Source: an uncultured Pseudomonadales bacterium
GTDB taxonomy: Bacteria; Pseudomonadota; Gammaproteobacteria; Pseudomonadales; JAHEIH01
Assembly (NCBI GenBank): GCA_964598145.1
Contig: CAZRAM010000001.1
Location: 371,247 to 435,246, forward strand
Direction: 5' to 3'
Length of the DNA stretch: 64,000 nucleotides
In this document: piece by piece, positions 26,369 to 35,974 of the stretch
How positions within the stretch are numbered: position 1 is the first letter of the stretch
How the letters are laid out: the number at the start of each line of letters is the position of its first letter
Notes under the pieces: generated by a model
Database searches by the model: none
Seen by the model: the letters and a program-made list of their open reading frames with translations, nothing else
What the model was told of the DNA's origin: nothing
Position numbers and translations under genes: made by a program

Positions 26369-26677
26369 ATGTCAAATTACCGCTTAACCCCGGATGCTCA
26401 ATCCGATCTTATCGACATTCGTCGTTTTACCCTAGACCGATGGGGAGAAGCGCAGTCGAAGAAATACCTGTTCGAACTCCGACAAACCCTTCACCTGCTG
26501 GCTGAAACCCCGTCCCTGGGAAAGCCCAGGCCGGATGTAGGGGAGGACGTGTTGAGCTTCCCCCACATCAGTCATGTCATTTATTACGTGGTTCATGCGC
26601 AGCAGTTGGTGGTGTTTGGTGTCCTGCACAAGCGGATGGTGCCAGTGAATCACCTGGATGGGCGCGAGGTGATTTAA
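26369..26677 (+). CDS. ParE/RelE-superfamily type II toxin (ParE-like)
   Basis: MSNYRLTPDAQSDLIDIRRFTLDRWGEAQSKKYLFELRQTLHLLAETPSLG...VIYYVVHAQQLVVFGVLHKRM matches the ParE pattern. Confidence 0.8.
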   Translation: MSNYRLTPDAQSDLIDIRRFTLDRWGEAQSKKYLFELRQTLHLLAETPSLGKPRPDVGEDVLSFPHISHVIYYVVHAQQLVVFGVLHKRMVPVNHLDGREVI

Positions 26678-26717
26678 ATGTGGCTGACGATCGGGCCGCA
26701 TTGAATCGGCACTCGCT

Positions 26718-29700
26718 ATGGAAAATATCGAACGTATTCAGCTGTTATCCAGCACGGAAGTCGAAGAGTTATATGCTCGCCCAGAATTCAATACCCATGA
26801 ACAAAGCCTGTATTTTTGATTAAGTCCGACAGAACGCGCCGCGCTTGAGCAGTTTCGCAATACCCAGACCCGTATCCACTTCATCCTGCAATTGGGTTAT
26901 TTCAAGGCCAAGCAGCAGTTTTTTAACTATTCGCTCGATGAGGTCAGTGCCGATGTTGAATATATCGTTGCAACCTATTACAACGGTGCAGATGCGGCAC
27001 AGTTCACCGGAAACCTCTCTCGTGAATATTCGCGTAAGCAACGCCAGGCGATACTGTCACTTTTCGACTACCGAAGCTGGTCGCCTCAATTTAGAGCTGA
27101 AATAGAATCCCACATCGGTCTGTTATTACGCTATTACCCCAAAGGGCACAGTGCTTTCCGGCAGTTGCTCGCGTTTTTCGATCACCAGAATTTAATCATT
27201 CCGTCCTATCGAACGTTCCAGGACATGTTCAGCCGCGCCTTTGCCGCCGAGGAACAGCGGTTAAATAACGCCATCTCTTCCATACCGTCATCAATCAGTG
27301 GCCAGCTTATGACGCTGGTGCGGCGAGATGATGGTATCACGGCGCTCAACATCATTCGCGCGGATCAAAAAGACTTTCAGTATACGGCGGTCAAATCGGA
27401 AGTGGACAAAGCCCTGCGGATTGAGGAGTTGTACGAGTTTGCGAACGGTTTTATTCCGTCTCTGGGGTTGTCAAAGAATGCCGTTCGCTACTATGCCGAT
27501 GTTGCCGAACAGTATGCCGCATCCCGCTTACGTCGGCTGAGCAAACCGCAAAAATGGCTCTATGCTTTGTGCTTTGTTTACCACCGCTACCAACAGATTA
27601 TGGATAATCTGATCGTTAGTTTTTGCTATCACACCCGCGCCATTATGGACGCCGGCAAGACCTACGCCTCAATGGCTCATATGGAGCACAGCTCCAAGGT
27701 GGTGACCGACTTTCCCAAGCTGGCCAAGTTTTTGAAGTGGTTCCCAAATCGAAACCCCAACATGAGTCAGGATGAACTGAATGAAGCAGCCTACAGCATG
27801 TTGCCCAAAGAGCAGTTTTCAGCCATGGCAGAGTTTCTGGAAGGCAAATCTTTCGATAAGAAAGCCGCCTTGTGGGAGTACTATGGAAAATCTTCTCGCA
27901 TATTTGCACTGTATCTTCGCCCGATATTTACAACAGTCAAGCTGGAGTACTACAAGGAAAACAGCTACATCGGCGAATTGATCAATCTACTGAAAGCGCA
28001 TTATGCCAGCGGGAAAAGTCCATCGGATTTAAAAATTTGTGATGACCTGGGGTTTACCATCCCCAAAAACATGAATCAATATTTGAAGCGGGAACCGAAT
28101 GACACGCACATCGATCCGTACCTGTTCGAGTTCTTTGTTTACCAGAAAATTTATCATGAGATTGACCGTGGCCGTCTCTATTGCAATGACAGTGTCTCTT
28201 ACTGTGATATCGATACCGATCTGGTGGACGACGCACTGGTAGACGATGTTGAGAAGATCGCGGCGGAGTTTGGTTATCCCAAGATACCCATCTACTGTGA
28301 TCAGCGACTTGAGGAGGCGCTTCAGGAGCTGAACAACGCCTGGGAGCGAACGACTCACAATATCCGTGAGAATAATAATCATGGATTCAGTGTTCGAGAA
28401 ACCAAGACCGGACAACAACACTGGAGTTTGCTCTATGACAGTGTTGAAAAGCTGGATGATGCGTTCTTTAAAAACCTGCCCAAGGTGGACATTGCCAGTA
28501 TTGTCATGTTCATCGGCGATCGGATTGGAATGTGGAGCGCATTTACCCACATGAAAGATCGCTACACCAAGCGGAAAAAACCGCTGCCTCTGGCGATCAA
28601 CGCCTGCTTGTTATCAGAGGCGTTTGGGTTCGGTACATTGAAAATGGCTGATATGTCTGACCTGGAAATCAGCCAGTTACGTGCAATGCGGGAGGATTTC
28701 GTGCGGGTGGATACGCTATGCGCCGCCAATGAAATTGTCAGTAACCACATTCATTCGCTTCCCATATTTAATCAGTGGAATTTGATGGATGAGAAAGTAC
28801 TAGCGGATGCGGATGGACAAAAATTTGCGACCACAGACAGTACAATTCAATCCCGTTACTCCAGGAAGCACCTTGGCAAAGGCCGTGGTATCTCACTCTA
28901 CACGCTGCTCGCCAACTATGTGGCAGTTAATGCGAAAAATATCGGCCTGAACGAGTACGAAGGACATTCGCTGTACGATATGATCTACAACAACAAAACC
29001 GATATTGATATCCACATGGTGACCGGTGATAACCATTCATTGAACAAGCTGAATTTTGTCACGCTGGATTCCATCGACGTGGATTATGTCCCCAGCATCA
29101 AAAATGTGCGAGACGCTGCTGACGATATCTATACCGCTGAACCGTTAGACTATGACACCGGAATCCTCAAACCCAAGGGCGTGATCAATGTTGATCGTAT
29201 CCGCTCACAACGTCGAGGTGTCATGCGGGTATTACTTTCACTCATCATGCAGGAGAACACCCAGAGCAATATCATCCGTAAGCTCAACTCACATGCCCGT
29301 TATGCCAGGCTCAAAGCCGCGCTGTTTGAATATAATACCATCTTCAAGAGTATCCATGTTCTCAATCTGATTGACGATATGGAGCTCAGGAAAGCAATCC
29401 GAAGCGCCCGTAATCGCACAGAGGCCTACCATCAGCTTCAGAGCAATATCCGGAAGACTTATAACGGCATCTTTCAAGGCAAAAGAATCGTCGAAAACCG
29501 GGTCAGTGCCCATGCTGCCAGGTTAATCGCCAACTGTATCGTGGCCTACAACAGCATGATCTTGAATGCCGTGTACCAAAGGATGCTGGCCAACGGCGCG
29601 CCTCAAGCGGTCATCGATGAATTTATCCGGATTTCACCGATTGCCTGGACACATACGTTATTTACAGGTCGGTATAACTTCAAGAAAAGCAGCGGGAAAA

Positions 29701-29780
29701 TTGATGTAGACGCGATGGCAAGGATATTGGAGGATCATGTGAAACAGCATTTTTGGCGTGACGATGGGCCTCAGAATTGA
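26718..29780 (+). pseudogene. tnpA: Tn3-family transposase tnpA with in-frame TGA at codon 34
   Basis: The frame from the ATG at 26718 reads MENIERIQLLSSTEVEELYARPEFNTHEQSLYF*LSPTERAALEQFRNTQTRIHFILQLGYFKAKQQFF... The stop is at 26817-26819. The ORF-track start at 26892 is an internal TTG in the same frame. Both sides of the stop look like the DUF4158 N-terminal domain of Tn3 transposases, and the remainder is a full-length DDE Tn3 transposase. Confidence 0.85.
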
Positions 29781-29795
29781 TGATAAATTGGTCGT

Positions 29796-31427
29796 TTATG
29801 CAAACTTGTCAAATTTGTCGGTTCTTCCACAGGACCCCTTATAGGTGGCTCGTGCAATTTGCTCCTGTAGGGCGATCATTGGCCAGGCCAATGTTTCGAT
29901 ATCGCTAGCATCGGCGTGAATACTACAGGGTTCTAATTGTTCAAACAGGGAATGGCACGCGTCGGCAATATCCGGTTGGTTAACCATGGTCATCGCGTAT
30001 TGCAGGCCTTGCATTCGCGCGAGTAATAACTCGATAACGCCGTAGCTATCGGTTTCGTGGGCAATATCAAGTTGCAGGATGATATCGCTAACTTCTTTAA
30101 AGGCATGAGCCAATACAATGCTGACACTGTCGCTGTAGTAACGCTGCGGCATCAACTCGCTGTCGCTCACATCAGTCCAGTGGGACTTGGCGGCAGCATC
30201 TAATGATTGGTCGGCCATCACCTTAAAGCGCTCGGGTAGAAACAGTAGCCCTTCGGCGAGACGAAGTAAGGTCTCCCTTTCAGGTGCGTTGTTTAACAGC
30301 GTATCGATATCTTGTTGGCATTGTTGGGTTATGTCGCCCGTGTGGGGTAGCTCACACATGCTCACTGCTGCATTGATTTCGGCCATGTGCTGAAGTAACG
30401 CTAATCGTCCTTCATCAGTGATGGGTTGATCCTCAAGTAAAATAGCGAGGTGCAGACTCATTTGTTCCACGGCCATTTCGATACTTTTAACGAGGGCTTG
30501 GTAGACATCGCTACCGGGTTCACGCATGCGTTTAATACCCAGCGATATATCGCGGTCGCTGAATGGCAATGTCGGCAGGCGGTATAATTTTGCAAGCTTG
30601 ACCGAGCGTTCTCGGGTCGAGTGCGACAGTGCTATCAGAGCAAGAAATTCACGTTTGATAGCGAGCGATAGCGGTTTTTTGAGAGCGTTTTCTGGGTCTT
30701 TGTACAACGTCATTAAATGTTGCTCAACCAAAAGCAGCCATTGCTTGCGTTGCTTGGTCAGTCTTAAATCTCCGTCTTGCATGGCTTCGATGATGCAGTT
30801 CAACAACCAAAACAGCTCGGCGATGGGGGCGTTGCCACAGACTTTTTGAAGGTGAGTAGAGGCCTTGGCCAACAGGTTAAGGGCAGCGGCGGGCTGCTTA
30901 TCTATGGCGAGTCGGGCTTTTTTGAAGAGGGGAATAATCTTGCTGAGCGGACTCTTAATATCGCTCGCCGGCAGATTTTTAAGGGCTTTAAGCGGCGATA
31001 CGCTGGGGTCTATCGTAATGCCGAGCAGTTGGCTTTCAATAAGGGCCTTGTCGCCACTGTACTGGCGCAAATGATTGATGGCATCAAGCAAGATGGGGCC
31101 ATTGCGCTGCCCTTGTTCGATGACCCAGTGGCAGTACCGTGGCACCAGAAAGAGCGGGTACGCGGTGGCGCTAATGACATCGTCGCTCCATTCAGCGCCG
31201 CTCTGATGAAGTTGTGTGGCGGCATCGTGGAGAGCCTGTAACAACAGCGCAGCGTCGGACAAGCCGGCCATAGACAGCGCACCAATACAACGCGAAAGCG
31301 CCTGCTGCAGCGAGCTTAAATGAGCTTCGTCGCGGGCAACGTGGAGGTATTCGAGCCATTGTTGAGCCTGAGCCAAATCCTGCTCTATTTCTGAAACAAC
31401 TGTGCGCAGCGAGGTTGTATTTATCAT
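29796..31427 (-). CDS. hypothetical helical protein (543 aa as it stands); C-terminus re-coded by the transposon IR
   Basis: Long ORF with no catalytic motif recognised. The last 13 codons (GSCGRTDKFDKFA) and the stop lie inside IRR. It may be a FimL/ChpA-N-terminal-like protein, but I have not verified this. Confidence 0.6.
   Translation of the reverse strand: MINTTSLRTVVSEIEQDLAQAQQWLEYLHVARDEAHLSSLQQALSRCIGALSMAGLSDAALLLQALHDAATQLHQSGAEWSDDVISATAYPLFLVPRYCHWVIEQGQRNGPILLDAINHLRQYSGDKALIESQLLGITIDPSVSPLKALKNLPASDIKSPLSKIIPLFKKARLAIDKQPAAALNLLAKASTHLQKVCGNAPIAELFWLLNCIIEAMQDGDLRLTKQRKQWLLLVEQHLMTLYKDPENALKKPLSLAIKREFLALIALSHSTRERSVKLAKLYRLPTLPFSDRDISLGIKRMREPGSDVYQALVKSIEMAVEQMSLHLAILLEDQPITDEGRLALLQHMAEINAAVSMCELPHTGDITQQCQQDIDTLLNNAPERETLLRLAEGLLFLPERFKVMADQSLDAAAKSHWTDVSDSELMPQRYYSDSVSIVLAHAFKEVSDIILQLDIAHETDSYGVIELLLARMQGLQYAMTMVNQPDIADACHSLFEQLEPCSIHADASDIETLAWPMIALQEQIARATYKGSCGRTDKFDKFA
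29801..29838 (-). repeat. right terminal inverted repeat (IRR) GGGGTCCTGTGGAAGAACCGACAAATTTGACAAGTTTG (read on minus strand)
   Basis: 37/38 match to IRL. It lies 20 nt downstream of the tnpA stop. Confidence 0.9.
29839..29843. repeat. 5-bp target-site duplication TTATA (right copy)
   Basis: Identical to 13500-13504. Confidence 0.85.
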
Positions 31428-31594
31428 CTTCGGCGAATCTGTCTTTTTTCTTAGTGCCTTTAGTATAGACCTTGTCGTACGCCTTCAACAGAAATTGCTA
31501 ATATTTACGCAAAAGTACTTGTGATGCGGGCTTTGTTTGGTAGGATAAGCTACTTTTTTTTGGTACGACATAATTAAAAAACAAGGTATTACCT

Positions 31595-33100
31595 ATGAAT
31601 CAGTCACTTAGCCAAGCGTTTCTTAAGAACTTTCTCGGCAACGCCCCGGTTTGGTATAAACAAGCCATTATCGCTTTCTTAGTTATCAACCCTATCATCA
31701 CTTTCACCGTGGGGCCCGTCATCGCAGGCTGGTTGTTGATTGCAGAATTCATTTTTACCTTGGCAATGGCGCTCAAGTGTTATCCCTTGCAGCCTGGTGG
31801 CCTGCTTGCTATTCAAGCTATTGCCATTGGTCTCGCCTCCCCCGAAACGGTTTACGCCGAGATCGACCACAACTTAGAAGTATTATTGCTGCTAATTTTC
31901 ATGGTGGCGGGCATCTACTTCATGCAGAACATGTTGTTGTTCGTGTTTACCAAAATCCTCATCAACGTTCGTTCCAAAATCATGCTGTCGTTGATGTTTA
32001 GTATTTCCGCCGCCATTCTTTCAGCCTTCCTCGACGCTCTGACCGTCACCGCGGTATTGATTTCAGTATCGGTGGGCTTCTACACCGTTTACCACAAAGT
32101 GGCATCGGGCAAACAGGTAAGCCACGACGACCATGATCACAGTGACGATGGCTCAGTTATTGAATACCACCGCAGCGATCTTGAGCAGTTCCGTGCATTC
32201 CTGCGCAGTCTGATGATGCATGGCGCTGTCGGTACCGCACTCGGCGGTGTGTGCACCACCGTGGGTGAACCACAAAACCTGCTGATTGCTGGCGTGGCGG
32301 GCTGGGACTTCGTCACCTTCTTCCATAAGATGGCCCCAGTGACTATGCCTGTACTGGGCATGGGTCTGTTGACTGTTATCGTGTTAGAAAAAATGAGCTG
32401 GTTTGGCTACGGTGCCAAGATTCCTGAGCCTGTATACAACGTGTTGTATGAATTTGACGCCGCTCGCACGGCCAAACGTACCAATGCAGATCGCGCGCAG
32501 TTGATCGTCCAAGGCATCGTGGCAGTGTTATTAGTGGCTGGCTTGGCTACTCACGTCGCGGCGGTTGGTTTGATTGGTCTGACAATCATTATTTTGCAGA
32601 CGGCATTTAACGGCATCATCGAAGAGCACCAAATAGGCCATGCCTTTGAAGAAGCTCTGCCCTTCACGGCTCTCTTGGTGGTGTTCTTTGCGGTGGTGGG
32701 CGTTATCCATGAGCAGCACTTGTTTACGCCCATTATCGACTGGGTACTGACCATGGAACGCAGTATTCAACCAGCGATCTTCTTCTTGGCTAACGGCGTG
32801 CTGTCGATGATCAGCGACAACGTATTCGTGGCAACGGTTTACATCAACGAGGTTAAGTTAGCCTTGGATGCGGGCACCATCGATCGCGAGCACTTTGACC
32901 ACCTGACGGTAGCAATTAACACGGGTACTAACCTGCCTTCGGTAGCTACACCTAATGGTCAAGCGGCCTTCCTGTTCCTGCTGACTTCAGCGCTTGCCCC
33001 CCTGATTCGCCTGTCATACGGCACTATGGTGTGGATGGCGCTGCCCTACACTATTGTCATGGGTGGTGTGGGCATGGCAGCGGTTGCCATGTTCTTATAA
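31595..33100 (+). CDS. nhaB: Na+/H+ antiporter NhaB
   Basis: 501 aa. The N-terminus [34 protein letters not shown] and the overall multi-TM organisation are characteristic of NhaB. Confidence 0.9.
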   Translation: MNQSLSQAFLKNFLGNAPVWYKQAIIAFLVINPIITFTVGPVIAGWLLIAEFIFTLAMALKCYPLQPGGLLAIQAIAIGLASPETVYAEIDHNLEVLLLLIFMVAGIYFMQNMLLFVFTKILINVRSKIMLSLMFSISAAILSAFLDALTVTAVLISVSVGFYTVYHKVASGKQVSHDDHDHSDDGSVIEYHRSDLEQFRAFLRSLMMHGAVGTALGGVCTTVGEPQNLLIAGVAGWDFVTFFHKMAPVTMPVLGMGLLTVIVLEKMSWFGYGAKIPEPVYNVLYEFDAARTAKRTNADRAQLIVQGIVAVLLVAGLATHVAAVGLIGLTIIILQTAFNGIIEEHQIGHAFEEALPFTALLVVFFAVVGVIHEQHLFTPIIDWVLTMERSIQPAIFFLANGVLSMISDNVFVATVYINEVKLALDAGTIDREHFDHLTVAINTGTNLPSVATPNGQAAFLFLLTSALAPLIRLSYGTMVWMALPYTIVMGGVGMAAVAMFL

Positions 33101-33115
33101 ACCGAGCAGGTAAAC

Positions 33116-33143
33116 AAAAGGCGAGCCGTTGCTCGCCTTTTTT
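33116..33143. terminator. bidirectional rho-independent terminator (AAAAGGCGAGC-CGTT-GCTCGCCTTTTTT)
   Basis: GC-rich 7-bp stem flanked by an A-tract and a T-tract, between the convergent nhaB and dnaQ genes. Confidence 0.65.
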
Positions 33144-33164
33144 GTGTCCGTCGATAACTACTCT

Positions 33165-33884
33165 CTATTTCCGGAATAAACAGTTGCCCGCCGAGGCTTT
33201 ATCGATGGCGTCGAGGCGCGCTTCGTGCAGGGCAAGCTCTTGCTCGGTTGGCGTAATAATGAGACCGGGACGACGATTGGCAAAAGCTTGTGCCTGCTTG
33301 GCGTAATCTTCTGCATCATTATTGTTTGAGCTCGAGCTATCCGAGCTGCCACCAAATAGATTGGTTTGACCACCTGTCATTAGCAAGTAGACGTCGGCAA
33401 GAATTTCCGAGTCTAACAGTGCACCGTGCAGTGTGCGTGCTGAGTTGTCGACCGCGTAGCGCTTACACAGTGCATCCAAGGTGACACGTTGGCCAGGGTG
33501 TTTTTGACGCGCCATCGCCAAGGTGTCAACGACACCGCAATACTCTTCCACCCGACGGTATTTACTGCCGTTAAGTTTCAACTCGTGGTTGATAAAGCCA
33601 ATATCGAAAGGGGCGTTGTGAATCACTAGCTCGGCACCATCGATAAAGGCCATAAATTCATCGACAATACTGGCGAATACCGGCTTATCTGCCAGAAATT
33701 CGCTACTGATGCCGTGCACTTCTTGCGCGCCGCTATCGATCTCCCGCTCCGGATTGATGTACTGGTGGTAGTGGTTGCCAGTAAGACGCCGGTTGACCAG
33801 TTCCACGCAGCCGATTTCGATAATGCGGTGGCCCAGTGATGTTTCTAAGCCGGTGGTTTCAGTATCGAGTACGATTTGTCTCAT
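33165..33884 (-). CDS. dnaQ: DNA polymerase III epsilon subunit (3'-5' proofreading exonuclease)
   Basis: ExoI motif VLDTETTGL, Exo[11 protein letters not shown] and Exo[17 protein letters not shown]. Confidence 0.9.
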   Translation of the reverse strand: MRQIVLDTETTGLETSLGHRIIEIGCVELVNRRLTGNHYHQYINPEREIDSGAQEVHGISSEFLADKPVFASIVDEFMAFIDGAELVIHNAPFDIGFINHELKLNGSKYRRVEEYCGVVDTLAMARQKHPGQRVTLDALCKRYAVDNSARTLHGALLDSEILADVYLLMTGGQTNLFGGSSDSSSSNNNDAEDYAKQAQAFANRRPGLIITPTEQELALHEARLDAIDKASAGNCLFRK

Positions 33885-34315
33885 GCCAGTTCCTCAATCC
33901 CTTTATTAGCCAGTTCATCGGCGATTTCATTCTCGCGGTGTCCCGAATGGCCTTTAACCCAGTGCCAGCGCACGTCATGTTCTTGAATCAGGGCATCCAG
34001 TTGCTGCCACAAATCCACGTTTTTCACCGGCTGTTTACTAGCGGTTTTCCATCCGCGCGCCTTCCAATTACCAATCCACTCGGTAATGCCTTGCCGAACG
34101 TACTGTGAGTCGGTGGTGAGGTCTATCACGCAGCGTTCTTTCACCGCACGCAGCGCTTCGATAGCGGCGGTGAGTTCCATGCGGTTGTTGGTGGTGTTCT
34201 TTTCGCCGCCGTAGAGTGATTTCTCGCGGCCGTTATAGCGCAGTAATGCGCCCCAGCCACCTGGGCCGGGATTGCCTTTGCAGGCACCATCGGTAAAGAT
34301 TTCGATGTTTTTCAA
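33881..34315 (-). CDS. rnhA: ribonuclease HI
   Basis: [17 protein letters not shown]...ELTAAIEAL...TDSQYV...W...[19 protein letters not shown] is the canonical RNase HI motif set. There is a 4-nt overlap with dnaQ. Confidence 0.9.
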   Translation of the reverse strand: MKNIEIFTDGACKGNPGPGGWGALLRYNGREKSLYGGEKNTTNNRMELTAAIEALRAVKERCVIDLTTDSQYVRQGITEWIGNWKARGWKTASKQPVKNVDLWQQLDALIQEHDVRWHWVKGHSGHRENEIADELANKGIEELA

Positions 34316-35076
34316 GACTCTCTCCGCGCAATATCTCGTGCGCTACCTACTTCTGTGCTGCCCTGCAGACTTTTGGAAAATTCTCGCCAGCCAGCGCGAT
34401 TAAGGGTCGCGGGGCGTTTTTCTTTGCGGGCAGTGACTACAATGACGCCGCCCAAGGTTGGAAGGTATTGTCCCATTATCCGAGCGTAATGGCCATCGCT
34501 AGCGTGCCAACGACGGCTAGGAAAATTAAAGCCGCAATAGGACACCCGCTCTACCTCGAAGCCAATCAAATGGAGCCAATCTTTGATTTGCGAGCGCGTC
34601 AGCAAACGGCGCAGGCTGTGCCGCCCATGAAAACCGAACATCGCCTGTTTAAGCGCCAGCGGGCTGAAACGATTGAAGTTACACAGCGTTAAACGACCGT
34701 AGGGGGCTACTACGCGCGACGCCTCCCGCAAAATTTGGTGTGGGTGGCGGTGGAAATCGAGCACGTGGTGCAACACCAGCGACTGCAGCGCATCCGACTC
34801 AATCGGTAATTGGTCCGCCGTAGCCACCAGTTCGCGTTCATCGGCGTTACCGGTGGGGTCGAGTCGGTAGGTTTGATTGATGCGCCCCTGGTGAAGCATG
34901 GGTAATTGCTGGCAGGTGCTCAACTGCATGCCCCACTCGCCCCAACTCGACGCGAGATGGGTTTGAATGGTGTCGATTTCTGACAGCAAAATATCGCTCC
35001 CGAGCGATTGGCGCCACCAGTAGTCGACCGCATCGGGATGGCGCATGATGTCGTCGTTGTTATGTGCAATAATCAC
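34312..35076 (-). CDS. class I SAM-dependent methyltransferase-like protein
   Basis: Conserved position upstream of rnhA and divergent from gloB, as in Pseudomonas. It has the methyltransferase_11-like pattern LVLHHVLDF...PYGRL. The exact start is uncertain. Confidence 0.6.
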   Translation of the reverse strand: MIIAHNNDDIMRHPDAVDYWWRQSLGSDILLSEIDTIQTHLASSWGEWGMQLSTCQQLPMLHQGRINQTYRLDPTGNADERELVATADQLPIESDALQSLVLHHVLDFHRHPHQILREASRVVAPYGRLTLCNFNRFSPLALKQAMFGFHGRHSLRRLLTRSQIKDWLHLIGFEVERVSYCGFNFPSRRWHASDGHYARIMGQYLPTLGGVIVVTARKEKRPATLNRAGWREFSKSLQGSTEVGSARDIARRES

Positions 35077-35141
35077 GCGAAATTCCTTTACAATTCATCA
35101 CAACATAGCACAGCCTAGCGCTGCCATTACAGGGGCAATTC

Positions 35142-35909
35142 ATGAATATTTACTCGCTTCCGGCCTTCACCGATAACTATATTTGGGCGCTGGTGGAAGG
35201 TACCCAATGCTGGGTGGTCGATCCCGGTCAAGCAGCCCCTGTTGAACGCTTCCTTGCCACCCATCAATTACACCTCGAAGGTGTGTTGATTACCCACCAC
35301 CACGGCGACCATACCGGTGGCATTGCCGAGTTAGCTCATCATCGTAAGCTGCGCGTAATCGGCCCTGATAATCCAGCGATCACAGGCATTACCGAAACGG
35401 TGTGTGAGGGTGATAGCATTACCTTGCTGGGTGTTACCTTGCACTGCTTAGCCGTACCTGGCCATACCCTTGATCATGTGGCCTACCATGGTGAAACGGG
35501 CAGTCGTCATGTCGTTTTTTGCGGTGACACGCTGTTTGCCGGCGGCTGTGGTCGTCTGTTTGAAGGCACCCCTTCGCAAATGTGGCACTCCTTAAACAAA
35601 CTCGCCAACCTTCCCGATCGCACCGAAGTTTATGCGGCCCACGAGTACACCACCGCTAACCTCGCCTTTGCAGCGGCAGTTGACCCCGATAATACCCAGC
35701 TGCAAGCACGCATTGAAGACGTCGCCGCCTGCCGCGCCCACGGTATTGCAACACTGCCTTCGACTATTGGCTTGGAGAAGGCTACCAATCCCTTCCTGCG
35801 AGCTGCTCAGCCTGCGCTGCAGCATGCCGCGGCGGTGGCAAGCGGTGAAGCCCACAGCTGTCATGACGCGGTTTTTGCCGCCCTGCGAGCCTACAAAGAC
35901 CGCTTTTAA
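35142..35909 (+). CDS. gloB: hydroxyacylglutathione hydrolase (glyoxalase II)
   Basis: Metallo-beta-lactamase motif THHHGDHTGG and a C-terminal HAGH domain (...NPFLR...). Confidence 0.9.
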   Translation: MNIYSLPAFTDNYIWALVEGTQCWVVDPGQAAPVERFLATHQLHLEGVLITHHHGDHTGGIAELAHHRKLRVIGPDNPAITGITETVCEGDSITLLGVTLHCLAVPGHTLDHVAYHGETGSRHVVFCGDTLFAGGCGRLFEGTPSQMWHSLNKLANLPDRTEVYAAHEYTTANLAFAAAVDPDNTQLQARIEDVAACRAHGIATLPSTIGLEKATNPFLRAAQPALQHAAAVASGEAHSCHDAVFAALRAYKDRF

Positions 35910-35974
35910 TTGGCGGTCGATACATTGGGTAGACTCGGGTAAAATGCTCCTTTTTTACATTTGCGGAGTTTGTC

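Larger units (their letters stand above)
13505..29838. mobile_element. Tn3-family transposon (Tn4651/Tn5041-like TnpS/TnpT type), 16,334 bp, heavy-metal resistance cargo
   Basis: 38-bp terminal IRs starting GGGG (37/38 identical), a 5-bp TSD, a Tn3-family tnpA next to the right IR, and a divergent tyrosine recombinase plus coiled-coil protein next to the left IR. Confidence 0.9.

Noticed and set aside
26817-26819. TGA in tnpA as selenocysteine or programmed read-through
   Set aside because: I see no SECIS-like hairpin immediately downstream and know of no precedent for Sec in Tn3 transposases. A nonsense mutation or sequencing error is the simpler explanation.
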